Below the pieces are notes generated by a model. It was not told the origin of the DNA. It made no database searches and was given only the letters and a program-made list of their open reading frames with translations. Below are positions 34,940 to 48,384 of a stretch of 64,000 bases of DNA, one piece after another (position 1 is the stretch's first letter; the number at the start of each line of letters is the position of its first letter). A program made the position numbers and the translations under genes. This stretch comes from Camelus ferus (Eukaryota), in the NCBI RefSeq assembly GCF_009834535.1, contig NC_045696.1, forward strand, positions 58,096,001-58,160,000. Direction: 5' to 3'.

Positions 34940-37300
34940 AGGGACCACCTAGTAAGATAACAGGAGAGCCAAAAGTGAGTGTGCCCTAGAAGCCAGGTGA
35001 AGAAAGTTTCAAGAAGGAGCTAACACCTAAATTAGTGTTAAGCTCTAGGGAGACATCCCTCAGGGAGCCTACATTCTAGTGAGGATATCCAGGGCACCAA
35101 ACAACAATAAAATTAAATATCTAGTGTGTCAGAGGGTGATAAATATTTTGGAGAAAAATGAAGCAAGACAAGGGAGAAAGGAGATGTGACTGGGTGATAC
35201 TCTCTCTGGACTGTCAGGGAAGGCCTTCCTGGTAATGTGTGTTTGAGCAGAGACTTGAGGGAAAAAAGGAAACCTGACTTGTCGATTCTGGACAAGACTG
35301 TTTCAAAGATGAAGGTCCTAAACTAGTTTGACATATCTGAGAAATAGCAATGAGGCTTATGTGGCTGAGTTAAGCCATAAGGGGAACCACCATAGGAGAT
35401 GTCAGAGAGGTGGTGGGAGGCCTAATTCATGCAGGACCTCAGAGGCCACTGTAAGGACTTTGGCTGTTAAGAAGTGAGGAGGCCTCACTCCACTGGAAGG
35501 TTTGAACAGAAGAGTAAAATGATGGCTCTGCTCTTGTCTCAAGAACAAGAGTGGGGAGACTAGTTGGGAGGCTAATGAAATGACTCAGACAGAGCTGATG
35601 GCGACTTCCAATTGGGGTGATAGTGGAGGATTTGAGAAGTGGTTGGATTCCAGATATATGTTGAAAGTAGACTCACCAGGATTTGTTGGTGGATCGGATG
35701 TGGGGTGTGAAGAAGGGAAAGGAATCTAAGATGTCCTTAGCTTTTTAGCATTAGTAATTGGGAGAATCAAGCTGCAGTTTACTGAGATGTAGAAGATTGT
35801 GGTAGGAGCATTTTGGGAGTAGATGGGATGCAGGTCAGGAATTTGAAATGCTTATTAGATATCCAGGTAGGCAGGTTAAACTGTCAGTTGGATTTACAAA
35901 TATGGGGTTCAGAGAAGAGACCTGAGCAATAAATTTGGGATGTATCAACCTATAATGGTATTTAGGGTCTTGGAGCTGAGTGAGATCACCTGTGGAGAGA
36001 GATGTTGGTTTAGAAGAAGACTGAGCCCCGGGGTGGTCCAACATTTAGATCTTGGGAAGATAAGGAAGAACCAGCTAGTGAGGCCTTGGATTTAGCAACA
36101 TGGAGATCTTTGGTGTCCTTTAAAAAAATAGTCTCATTGGAGTGGTGAGGGTGAGTTCAAAACAAAATGCAAGGAGAGGAATTAGAGACAATGAATGTAG
36201 ACATTTATGTCAAGCAGTTACTCTTTAAAGGACAGCAGAGAAATGGGTAGTAGCCAGGGGGAGTGTGGTTACTGAGAAGGCATTTTTAAAGATAAGCGAT
36301 ACTAAAGACTATCTCTGGAATGCAGTGTCCTAATCGATCCAGTAGAAAGCGGGAAATGACAACGGTAGAGAGAGAGGGAAGAACTGCTGTAGCCATGTCC
36401 TCGAGTAAGCAAGATGGCATACAGGCCCCCAGAGCACAAGTAGACAGGTTGGCCTTAGAGAGAAGTGTTGACAGCCAATTCTTCAGTAGTAACAGGAGAG
36501 AAGACAGAGTGTATAGATTCGGATGCAGGTGGTGGGTGGTAGGAGCTCGTGGAAGTTATCTTTGTTTAGAGTTCTCAGAAAATATGAACCAAATTTTCGC
36601 CTGATAGGATAGGGCAACAGTTATTGGAAGATGGAAGAGAGAGGATGAGTTATGATACTATTTCCTGGGAAAGCAGAGAACACATGCAGTAGGAAATACA
36701 GTGGAATTGTTGGGCAGCACTAAGGGCCTGCTTTCAGTGACTGGACATTAATGACAAGTGAGACCAATGAGCATAGTTGTGTGTTTTCCTCCAGCCTGTT
36801 CTGTTGGGCAAGCACAGGCATGGGCAGAGTTGACAGAGAGAGATGTAACCAGGTTGTGGTTTGCCAGGCAAATAGGACTAAGAAAGTGCAGGCCAAGAGT
36901 AGAGGATTGTAGAGAGTGATGTAACAATGGACCATCAAATCTAAACTGGGTAAAGGAGAAAAGGTAACACATGAAGTGGATGAGAACAAGTAGTAGGCTC
37001 CAAAATTGTCATTCTCAATTGGATAAAGAATTTATAGAGTACTAGAGGGCATGAGTGGGAAAGAGAAGGTCATGGTTGAAGGATGGGATGCTTTAAATTA
37101 AGATTACTTCATGGATACAATTATGATAAAGATAAAGTCAGAGTATAACCAAGAGGGTGGATGACTGAGGTCAGGTAGAGGACATGAGTATGGAATAAGA
37201 AGTCAGGGGACGGAGCAGCCAGGATATTGAAAGGGTCATCTCATGGGTATTGAAACCACTTGATTTATGAAAGAAGTAGTTTCCTCTGGAGTAACAATGA
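34940..37300 (-). mobile_element. Long degraded L2 segment(s)
   Basis: Purine-rich plus strand with GTCAGGGAAGGCCTTC, GGATTCCAGATATATGTTGAAAGTAGA, TTTGAAATGCTTATTAGATATCCAGGT motifs. Confidence 0.7.
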
Positions 37301-37419
37301 GCAAGACAGTTTCAAACTGTGAGAATGCATGATGCAGAGGGAGGTATGTGGTGGTCTGCAGACAGCTGCAGCAGAGAGTGGTGAGTATGACAGTCAGATA
37401 GAGTTAGATCAAAGGCTGT

Positions 37420-38800
37420 TCTGGCCCTGATGGAGTAACAGGAACTGGATCTATCCTTCCATCTAAAACAACTGAAAACAAACAACAGAATCAAAGTATA
37501 TGAAACAGTGGTGTTTCAGACATTGGACAATAGAGCAGGTAGGTAAAGCAGGACAGAATGCTTTCTCAGAATGACAGAGAACTTCCAGGCAGCAACACAA
37601 GACGGGGAGGTCAAGCAGAGCTCCACAGTTTTCCTAAGTTGAGGAGACAGTTGAGAATTCTAAGAGGACAGCATAGCTAGAATTCTTAGGGTGGAGTACC
37701 AGAGAGGAAGTTTTAGATCTGCGAGGAGTTCCTCTTGAGTCTTCAGCTGAGCACTCATTACCAGTTACACGTGAGGAAACTACCCAAGTCTGGAAAAAGG
37801 ACTACCAAAGAGGAGCAGGTAGGACAATTCTCAGAGTTCATGCAAGACTGGGAATAGTTCACATTCCCAATAGCCAGAATGGAGAACCTCATAATACATA
37901 AGAGGCTGGGTTGAATACTCGGAAGGGCATTGCTTCCGCAGTAAAGACAAACAGGCTCTAGGCTAAAGGCTGCTATGGTTCCACCTAATAAAACTTAAAA
38001 CTACTCCTTGAAAAGATCAGAAGTAACTTAGTATTCCAGAACATTGTTCAAATATATTTAAAGGAGTGAAAAAAAGAAATTCATCACCCAACGGGGTAAA
38101 ATTCTGAATACCTGACATCCAAATCAGCAATTACCAAGCACGCTAAGGAGCAGGAAAATACAACCCATAAAGAGGAGAAAAGCAATCAGACTGGACCAAG
38201 AAATGACACAGAATAGAATTAATAGACAAGGACATCAAAGCAGCTACTGTGTATTACATATGTTTAAGAAGGCAGAAGAAAGCATATTAAGGAGAGACAC
38301 AGAAAACATAAAAAGACCAGTGTTAAACTTCTAGAGATGAGAACGTTATCTGTGTTTAAGACCCAGATATACTGGGTAAGATTTAACAGCTCATTAGATA
38401 TTGCAGAAGAAAAGATTAGTGAACTTGAAGATACAGCAATAAATACTGCCCAAAAGAAAACACAAAGAAAAAAAAGATTAAAAACAAAACCCCCACAAGT
38501 ATCAGTGCAGGACAGTTTTAAGTGTTCTAATATACATGTAACTAGAGTCCCCAAATGAGAAGAGATTGGTAAGGGAAAAGAAAGGGCATGGAGTGAGATG
38601 AAGTGGTAATGGGGAGATGGAATAAAGAAATAATGGCAGAAAAATTTCTAAACTTGGTAATATTCATAAACCTACAAATCTAAGACATTCAAGAATCCCA
38701 GTGAAAGAAACAGCATGAAGAAAAGCACACCAAGCAAATCTCAGCGTGAATAAAACTACAGCAAGGCACACAATAATCATATTGCTTCAAACCAGAGAAA
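37420..38800 (+). mobile_element. Degraded L1 5'/ORF1 region
   Basis: ORF 38337..38558 retains an ORF1p-like coiled-coil peptide (FNSSLDIAEEKISELED...SNIHVTRVP). Confidence 0.7.
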
Positions 38801-41556
38801 AAGCATCGAGAGAGAAGAGACTGGGCACTTTAGGGGGGTGAGAGAGTAACAGTGATCTGAAGTGGCTGGGGAAGCAGTGTCCTCAGGGAAGAGGTTTCAG
38901 AGGAGTGAAAAGGTGAACAGAAGAGGGAAAAGCTTGAAAGTAGAGGGATTCCACTGCTCCGCTGATTCTGACCACTCCAGAAGGCACAGTGGAAAGATTT
39001 GGGGAACTGAGGAAGTGGCAGGGATGAGATCAGATTATGGGATGCATGAAGCCATATTGGGATAAAGATGACCTGTGAATCTTGGGTCTCTCATGACCAA
39101 GGTGAACAGAAAAAGCAGGCACAATATGATGAGTCTCATAGTCTTCAGGGTAGATTGGGGTGGCGAGGGTGTGGCTTTTGGGGATAGGGGTAGGTGGTCT
39201 TGCCAGGAGCAAACAAAATGCTTGTCTGCACCCCAGCTGATGGAAGTGTGAGGCCTGGGAAGGACAGTTTTGCGAGATAAAACTGATTTCCATGCATCCA
39301 CTATGGATATGTGCGTGGTGGGGTTTTCCCCTCCAATCAACTGTGTATGATGATTTTTAGGTACTTATTGTGGGGGCTCTCTTCCTGTCCCCAGTCGGTT
39401 CACCAGCAAAAGGAGTTGGCTCATCTGTTGGAAGGAGGCTTCCTGCAGAGTCTGGCTGCCGTATTTGAGTAGAATTTATTTTTATTTTCAGTCGTTTGGT
39501 TTTCCGAAATTATTCCCACACTTTTCATTGGATAGTTTTTGCACTCACGTACTGGTTGTAAATCACTTGGAATCTATTTAATATGAAGATCCTAAATGTC
39601 TCATAAGCCTATTTTGGGGGGTTCCTCATACCTCTCCTTCCAAAGTCATTTGATGTCTTTTTGATTACCTGGAACTATAGAGTCCTGCAGGTCAAGATTC
39701 ATATGAAATCAAGAAAGCATTCTATTCAAAACTGAGCATCAGCTGAGGTGGATTAAGTAATACTTGGCAACAATTAAAAATAAGAAAGCTACAAGCTGTG
39801 ACTGCACTGTTGCTTTATAATAATCTGCTTTCACAACTTCTTTATTCTTAGAAGTTTATATTAGCTGTTAATATTGTCATATATTTGATAAATGTCATAA
39901 TTGAGTAGAAAAGTATTCTAGCTTTCAGCAGTAGTAATAGGAAATGTGTTTATTTGAACCACAGGGCTATAAACAATGCCTCAATGCTCACTTGGTGGCT
40001 GTTTACCTTGATTACAAACCAAATATTAGAAAAAAAATAAACATCATGTAGAATGTAAGCCTTAATGTCCCAAATCTATAAAATTTTATCTACTATCTCA
40101 TAGGGCACTCAGTGTAACCTTATAAGAGCAACATTTTCGAAGTTCAGGATATTTATGACCATGAATGTACTTTTTATTAATTACGTTTTATTTCCTATGG
40201 CTATAATGTGGTTTTAAAATCTGTGTTCTGTTATTAGAAGCGGTAAATGAGCAGTATGTATGCGTTACTTGTTCCTGAGAAGCACAATTTTCTGTGGTAT
40301 TCCTTCTGCCAAATTTTATTAATCATATTCAGATCACATAAAAATATTATAAAGCTAACTCAGTTCATACCACAAATTATCCTCAGTGTAGTGTGTATGT
40401 GCCTGATCTGAATCTCAAGTTTATTTTCCTTGCTGTGTTTAATCTGCATAATTACAGTTTTGTTGACTTTCAATTTCCTTCAAGCAGAGAAGCCCTTTGA
40501 AAACCAAACATTTAACCATCTCCCCTTTGCCAGAAAAAGAAAGGTCTGGGAAAAAAAATTGCATTAAACAGTCTAAGTCTATTCACTGTGAAATGGTTTC
40601 AAGGAGGTCTTGAGTTTGGGAAAAATTGCAAAAAATGTTGCCACCTTTGCCACATACTCAGTGTGAGCCACCTATGTGGTGTGGCAGCTACAAACAGTAA
40701 GGCAGCATTAATTTAGTAGTAAGAAAAGTGCAGCATTCCAACAGTAGGAAGATACAGTCCCATTACGTTATTCTGCCATAGTTACTGTGTCTAATTTGGG
40801 GTTACCTTATTTTTTAATTTTATATCCTCTTTTGCCCTGTTATCCATGTAACCGACACATTTTCAAAATGATTTTATTTGGGATACAAAGGGAAAAGCTA
40901 TCTGATCCACATTATCTTCTGAAGTCCTAAGCCGTACTTTTTTTTTTAAACAGCGTCATTCTATAAGTTGAAAGCCATCTGATAAATCAAGAAAAATTAA
41001 AAGACCATTATATTAATAATTGAAGGGTTCTAATGCACCACCTCCTAAGACCCTATGACAAACTTGTCCTTGATTATAGGATAAAATAAGTAATCAGCCA
41101 ATTGTCATTTTTTTCAGAAAACTTACAGCAATAATCTGCCATCTTAAACTTTTTAGGGGCAGTTTAGATTTTTTTTTTTTATTAACAGCTTGCATTTGAA
41201 AATTAGAAATTTTATATTTGAGATATAAAACTAAAATACTTTGTCTTTTAAAATTATTTTCTACATTTTTTAGTGTTATATCTGAATAGAGCTTTCTGAT
41301 CATTCATTTTAAATATCAAGAACTAATAGAACTTTTTCCTCTATCCTTGATGTGCTCATGCAAGTTTTCTATTAAAGTTAGGATCATTTCATTTTCAGCA
41401 CATAGAGTTTTTTCCCCTCCACGTTGGGAGTTATAGAGGAAGCATATACTAGAAGATAATCCCAATATGATTGAATTAAAAAAAATCTTTATTCTTAACA
41501 TTGGACTTACTTGACAAGAAAATAGAAAACAATCCATATATTTTTGTTTCCTTTAG

Positions 41557-41650
41557 GTCTTCGGATAACTGTGCTTCTGACGTCCTTCCTGATGGTTTTG
41601 GGGACTGGTCTAAGATGCATACCTATATCAGACTTAATGCTTAAAAGAAG
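41557..41650 (+). CDS. SLC49A4: SLC49A4 coding exon 2 (94 nt; [32 protein letters not shown])
   Basis: Acceptor TTTTTGTTTCCTTTAG|, donor AAG|GTAAAT. Completes the MFS loop motif DKRGLR; phase 1 to 2 fits both neighbours. Not in the ORF track. Confidence 0.95.
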
Positions 41651-42354
41651 GTAAATCCTATAAGTCACTTTAAATTTTTTCTCCACATTTTTCTTTTTTG
41701 TTATGAGTGTACAATATATGTTGGTTATAAGCTTTTAGTAAACAGTTCCATTTTTAAGATCATCAAAGAGGGTCATATTTATAGTAGCTTTTTGTCCCTC
41801 TCCTGACATGATGATTAAATCAATGGGCATTTATTAGTTGTCATATGGAAGACACTATACTAGTTGTTGTATAAATAAAAAGAGAACAAGTTAATCTTTA
41901 TGCTATCCAGGAGCTATAATAATCATGGGAAAATATAGTATAACATAAAGAAGAATAATGTAGTTAATGCCATCAAAGATTTATAAAATTACCCCTAGAG
42001 ACTGAGAGTAGTTTTGGCTGAGGTTGTCAGAAGGAAGGGTTCATGACGAAGGTAACAGTTAAACTAGGCATTGAAGGATAAATAAGGTTTTGATAGCTAT
42101 AGGTAGGAGAAGTTGCTCCAGGGTAGAGGAACAGCAGGAACAAAGGCACAGAGGCAGGGAAGCATAGGCCTCTTCTGGGATAGGTCGGTAGTTTGGTTTC
42201 TGTACAGCAGCATTTCTGCAACTGGGGTCCATGGATTTGTTCTCAGGGGGTACAAAGTATATGAAGATTTTTTAAAATATTGTTTTCCTTTTGGTTAAAA
42301 ACTAAAATTTTAAAATTAAAAGATTTTTTAACCAATAATAATCTATAATTTTAA

Positions 42355-42520
42355 AACTTTTTTAAAATCAAGTATACTTGATTTACAATGTTGTCTTAGT
42401 TTCAGGTATCCAGCATAGTGATTCAATTACATATATATTCTTTTTCATTATAGGTTATTATAAGCTATTGTATATATTTCCCTGTGCTATACAGTAGGAC
42501 CTTGTTATTTATCTAAAAAA
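42355..42520 (-). mobile_element. Short L1 3' end (cetartiodactyl-type)
   Basis: TTTACAATGTTG...TTCCCTGTGCTATACAGTAGGACCTTGTT; reverse complement matches 63560-63700. Confidence 0.75.
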
Positions 42521-42699
42521 AATTTTTTTTTGACTAGGATGCCAGTTTCTTAAACTAGTGTTTATCAAACTGGGATCCTTGGATTTGTCCTTTAGAGCCA
42601 CTGAGAAAAATTTTCCTCTTTAAAAGGTCCCATAAATCACTCAAGTTTGGGAGACACTGGTCTACAAAATAAGGTTTAAGAATGGAATATGAAGAGATG

Positions 42700-43860
42700 A
42701 GTTTAGAAAAGGGTATCCTGATTATGAAGGGTATTGATACCATCCTGGAGAACTGTAATTCCTCGTTGGACGGTTGGGAGCCACTTAAACTCTTAATCTG
42801 AGCAGCAGTAGGATCAGACCTGTATTAGATAAACTACTGAATTGAAGTTTGTAGGATTGATTATGGAGGGTTGAGACTGCCAGCAGGAGACCAGGAAAGA
42901 TGCAGTGAGAGCCCAAGCTGGAGTCATTCTTTTGTTTTATTTGTTTATTCATTTATTAGTTCACTTATTCAACAAAATTCACTGAGCTCCTTCTCTGTGC
43001 CAAGCTCTCTTCTGGGCATGGGGGATATAGCAGAGAGTACAACAGAAAAATCCCTTTTTTGTGGAGTTTACTTTCCAGTTGGGGAGACTGGCAATAAACT
43101 AGATAAATAAGTTAAATACATAGGATGTGTTATGGAGAAAAAAAATAAAATTGGAAAGAAGGATTTAAAATGTCAGGGGAAGGATGGTGAGATTTCAGAG
43201 AGGAAGGGCAAAAAAAGCTTACTGGGAACATAATTTTTGGGGGTAAAGCCTGGGGAAATGGATGGATGATGCATTATGTAGGGGACAAGAATTCCAGGCA
43301 GAGAGAACAGCAAGTGTAAAGGGTGGGAAGGGAGGAGCACCCCTGGCAGGGAGGCTGGTAGGGCTGTAGCCGAGGCAGAGACTCCATGGGGAGAGTGGTA
43401 GGAAATGAGACCAGCACAGTTATGGGTGGCGGTGGGTGTGTGCGATGAGCTCCTTTAAGACCCTGTAAAGACTTCAGCTTTTTCTGAGCTAGGAAACCAT
43501 TGGCAGCTTTAAGCTGAGTAGAACTGTGGTCACAGAATAAACTGATGCTGGAGGTCAAGGGCAGGAGTAGGGACACCAGCAAGGGAAGCAGCACAATAAA
43601 CCAGGTGAGAGATGGTGGTGGCTTGAGTCATAGTGGTGGCAGGGGTGGTGGTGAGAAGTGGTCAGATTCTGATTACATTTTGAAGGATTTGCCAATGGAT
43701 TGGATAACAAGAATAATAGAAAGTGAGGAGTCCAGAATGACTCCCTGGCCCTGGGAAGTTGTGGGAATGGAAAGGATAGCGCAGATGTGAGGCAGAACAG
43801 GAGAAAAAGGGATGGGAGGTGATATGATTGAGGTTGCACACTGGAGACCGAAATTATTGA
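42700..43860 (-). mobile_element. L2 fragments
   Basis: TTCATTTATT...TTCAACAAAATTCACTGAGC.CCT.CT.TGTGCCA; GAGAAGTGGTCAGATTCTG motifs. Confidence 0.7.
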
Positions 43861-45257
43861 TTCCATTGACAGAGACACAGGACACAGGAGGAGGAAGGAG
43901 TGGGCTTTAGGTGCAAGACGCTGACTTTCATTTGGAGCAGAATCTTTCAGTTTCAAAATAAATGCTGTTAATTTTCAATTTTTCAAAATGTGTTATCTTT
44001 CCAGAAAATTTAGAGTACAAGTGTTTCATATTTTAAAAGGCAGACAGCAAAATCTTCGGGGTTCCTGTGGAATGCTGGCCTTCGTTTCCTATCCCTCTGA
44101 GTGAGGTTTTAACAGATGAGTTTTCATTGTTTGACATGTTCTTAATTTTTCAAATATCCAGCTTTTTAAAAAAAGTTTTTTTACAGTTTTTAAGTACAAA
44201 TTTCAGTTTAAAGCTTAAGCTTTAAGCTTAAATTCAACAATGCATTCTTTAAAATGCCTACTTGTATTTTTGTTAGCTTTTCTTCTGCTTTGGGCTATCC
44301 ATTCTATTGCTTCTCTCTAGTCTTATATCCCTTCATATCCTTTCCAGACATAAAATTATAGAAATAATAAAGAGTAAAAACTCTGTGTTGGTGGAGAAAG
44401 TACTATGAAAAAGAAATAGAGCTCATAAAGAAATGAAAACAAAGATAGGAAAGAGAAGAAAGAGGAGTAAAGAGTTCCGAGAGATTGAATCTTTCATAAA
44501 AAGAGAGTATAAATTGAATTTTCACCCTTTGTGTGTTCATCTGTAAGGAATGTGGGGATATTATCCCCATGAAACGAGACTTCATTTTATGTTCATACAA
44601 TATTTCTTTTGAGCAGCACTATTAACAATGCGTGTGCAGCTGTTAAAATGAAAATGCTCCAATTGGAATACGTATTTTTGACTAGTAGCTTCAATAGATC
44701 ACCACTTCTAAGCTTCAGTCTCCATCTGACACTCAGCAGGAAGGGATAAAGATCTTTAATATGCATTTGGCCAGCACTGAAAGAAGGATTGAGCAATCTG
44801 TGTGTCTGTGCCCCTGTTTCACTTGGAGCTTTTTGAGCATCTGACTCAGCCTTCTGGACTAGCGTCTCTGCACCCTTCACTTCCTGTATTTTAGCTTCTA
44901 TAAGTCTTAAGACATGAGAATAGCAGCTTTCTGACAAGTCCTTCCTCAGTCACAACCATTATTACCACCTTCCTAATGGTATTCTACGTCTGCATAGTAT
45001 CAGTATTTCTTTTATCTGCGTAGTACCAATGAAAATTCAGGAAAAATTATTTTACCACTTTTCTCTTATTAATATCACAAATAAATAAGGAACTTAGAAT
45101 AATGAATTATAAAGCATTTCTTCTTTTGTGATTGGGAAGCAAGTCATACCAAACAATTTACAGATGGCATTGCTCTGTAGTGTGAAATACTATATGGCAT
45201 ATCCAGTAAACAATTTATAGACTTCTAGAAGGTGAACTTATAGTAGGTTATATCTCC

Positions 45258-45376
45258 TTTTTTTTTTCAGAGTGGGGAGGTAATTAGGTTTATTTATTTA
45301 GTGGAGGTACTGGGGCTTGAACCCAGGACCTTGTGCATGCTAAGCATGCACTCTACCACTGAGCTACACTCTCCCC
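45258..45376 (-). mobile_element. tRNA-Ala-derived SINE, same family
   Basis: Reverse complement GTGTAGCTCAGTGGTAGAGTGCATGCTTAGCATGCACAAGGTCCTGGGTTCAAGCCCCAGTACCTCCA; poly-T at left; GGTTATAT on both flanks. Confidence 0.88.
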
Positions 45377-45639
45377 ACCTGGGTTATATTTGCTTCTAAT
45401 CATCGGTGTATCCAGTGATTCCCATAATGTGTTATCTTTCAATTCAGTATAATTTTCATTAATACTAACAATAAATAACATTCACTAATGTGTGTTAGAT
45501 AGTTAAATAGGATAATTCTAGTAAGCATAGACTTTCTAGAAATATACTCTATTGTGAAATGCTTTGCAGATCGCAATACTACATTTAAAATGACCATACC
45601 AGAAAAGATGAATTGTTTAGTGAACGGTTTTATAACTGC

Positions 45640-46720
45640 TTAACTATCTGGGAAAAAAAATGAAGAAGAGCCTTAAATCTCTGCTCTGTCACTTAAGTAA
45701 ATTCCAACTGGATCAAAGATTTAAATGTGAAAAATGAACCACAGAAGTATTAGAAAATGAGACTGGTTTTTAATAATCTTAGAATATGGAAGGCCTTCCA
45801 ACTAAGGCACAGATCCCAGAGAGCATAAGAAAGGCTTAATACTTTTGACTACATAAAAACATAGAGTGTCTGCATGATTAAATATACTACAAAACAAAGT
45901 CAAAAGATAAGTTAAAAACTGTGAAATGTTTGCAACAATAAGACAAATGGATTATTTCCTTAGTTAAAAAGAACTCTGTCAAATCAGTAAGAAAAATAGC
46001 AAGTCAGTAGGAAAATGGGTGATAGATATGAGCAAATAATTACAGAAATTGAAAATCAAGTGACATAATCTTAAAAGATGCTTGGCAACCTCATCATAGT
46101 TAAAGAAATGACAATTAAAAGTGCAATTAGATGTCTGTTTATTGGCAAGGATGAAAAAGTCTGACAATGTACTGGGTTGCCTGAGGTGGAGAGAAAAATA
46201 GGCACTGTTGATGTGCGAGTAATTTGGGGTATCCTTTTCAGAGAGCATTTTGGCAGTGTTTATCAAATTCATAATGCACGTGTCCTTTAACCCAATACTT
46301 GTCCTTCTAGAAAATTCACCCGCATACAAAGCTCTACCAGTTTGTAAGGTCAACCAAGTATGTGTGGCTTTGCTTTGTAATAGCAGAAGGCTGGATGCAA
46401 CCCAACTATCTTCAGCAGAAGACTAGTTACGGTGAAATATATAGTGGAATGATATGTAGCTCTGGAAAGGTTCTGAAAATGCTGATTTGGAAATATCTCC
46501 AAGATATCATTGAGTTTTATAAAAAGACAAGGTTTATAACATTGTGTTTAATACACTCCTACTTAGTATTTGTCAAGGACTGTTTCTGAAAGAAACCATT
46601 ACCATTGGTTGTTTCTGCAGAGGATGCCTGGGGAACTAGAAGTCTGGGGTGGAAAGGAGATTTACTTCTTATTTTATACTCTTTCCTCTTCTTGGGAATA
46701 TCTTTACCATGTGCATGGAT
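45640..46720 (+). mobile_element. Old L1 (L1MC/ME-type) ORF2 3' remnant
   Basis: GGATCAAAGATTTAAATGT..., TTTGACTACATAAAAA, TTTGGCAGTGTTTATCAAA motifs. Confidence 0.65.
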
Positions 46721-48384
46721 CACTTTTTGAACTGAAAACACTAATTAGGAGAAACTGAAATGACCACATCATATCTTCAACAATGAGAGTAAGAGAAGGA
46801 AAAGTGAGGAAGGGTTATATGTAAATTTCCTCAGGATAGAAATATAAACCTTTTGATATAGAAATGAACAGTTGGTAGATTTAAGAACTAAGACTTCTCT
46901 GTAAAATACGTAGACTTCAGATCCGTGTGTTTTAAAAGTATTGTCTACAGACTACCTGCTTATTAAAGATGGAGACCCCTAGGCCCCACTCCAGTCCTAC
47001 TCATTTAGTCTTAACAAGCGCCTTTAGTTAATTTTAAGCTCATTTAAGTATGACAATGACTGCCCTAGGCACATAGCATCCTCACTTTAAATAGCATTAA
47101 GCAAATTGCATTGTGCTTGCCCATCCTACGGCATAATCACATAATATTTTAATGTCTTATTTTAAAGCAGATTAAGATCTACCTTCTATTTAAGAATTTT
47201 ATTTGCCCCAGTTTGACTCTTAAAATTCCAGAGTTCAGGTTTCATGAATGTATTTCTGCATGATGGTCAGTTGAGATTCAGTTTAGAAAGGTTGGTAGGA
47301 GATTAACTCCTCATAATAAACGTTTAACAGGGGGAAAAATGGAGTAGATAGGTATGTAAAATGATCTTTAGGGTTTGGAGAAATACTTTTTTTCCCTTTG
47401 ATTGTCTTTGGGGTATGGTTATTTCTGAGACTTTTTTCTAAGGACCCACAATATCATGATATGAATTTTTAAATTTACTTTTAAATAGATACATATAGAA
47501 AAGTACATAAAACATTTATGTACATTTAGTGAAGTAATCATAAAAGAGACAGCCATGTACCCATCACCTGGTTTAGAACTCCAGCAGTCCCTTGAGTGCC
47601 CCTCCCTGATTTATAACCCTCTCTCTCCTTCCTGTAGTCATAATCACAAATGTTGATAGGATTTTCAGAGTAAACTGAGTTGAAAGTTATGAAGAATATA
47701 TTCAAAGTCTGTTGCAAATGCCTGTTTATTCTTTTCTTCTGAATAAGAATTTGCCATTGATTCTTTTTTCCTCCTTAATACCAAAAGGACCAAACAAGTA
47801 AAAGATTATTTTATCTGCAACAAAATCACTATAGGAACAAAATAGATTGGCCAGAAGTAGACCTTGATAATAATTTAACATATAATAATAAACACATAAA
47901 TCAGTAGGATTGTCAAAAAGATCATGTTTTATTAAATAGATTTATCTATGATGTGTTTGGGCAAATTGGTTACCTATTTTTAAAATGTGGATATTTAACC
48001 ATATGGCATGCATTAAAATATATTCCAGGTGGATTGATGAGTTGTATATTTAAAATGAAACAGTGTAAAGGAAAATGAATCTTATCCCTAAAGAGATTGC
48101 TTTTTCCAGGCATAAAGCAATGAAAGAAATCACAAAAGTAAACATTTGTAGGTTTGACTACATAAACGTTTGAATCCCTATGCTTCAGAAGAAATCATAA
48201 AATTAAAATGCAAACTAGGAAAAATATGTGTTGCAAATATGATAGATAACATAAAATAATGTAAAAATATATAAGCACTTTTCAAAAGAGAATGGGAAAA
48301 TGGACATAATATACTTTTAAAATGTTGGTTTCCAGATTTCACTTTTTAAATTCATAATTTAAGTCAGCACTTATTGACAGTCCG

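Noticed and set aside
45300..45376. Apparent tRNA-Ala(AGC) genes (also at 7817, 11661, 14720)
   Set aside because: Each has a disrupted acceptor stem or extra 5' G-run, an A-rich tail and target-site duplications, so they are SINE copies.
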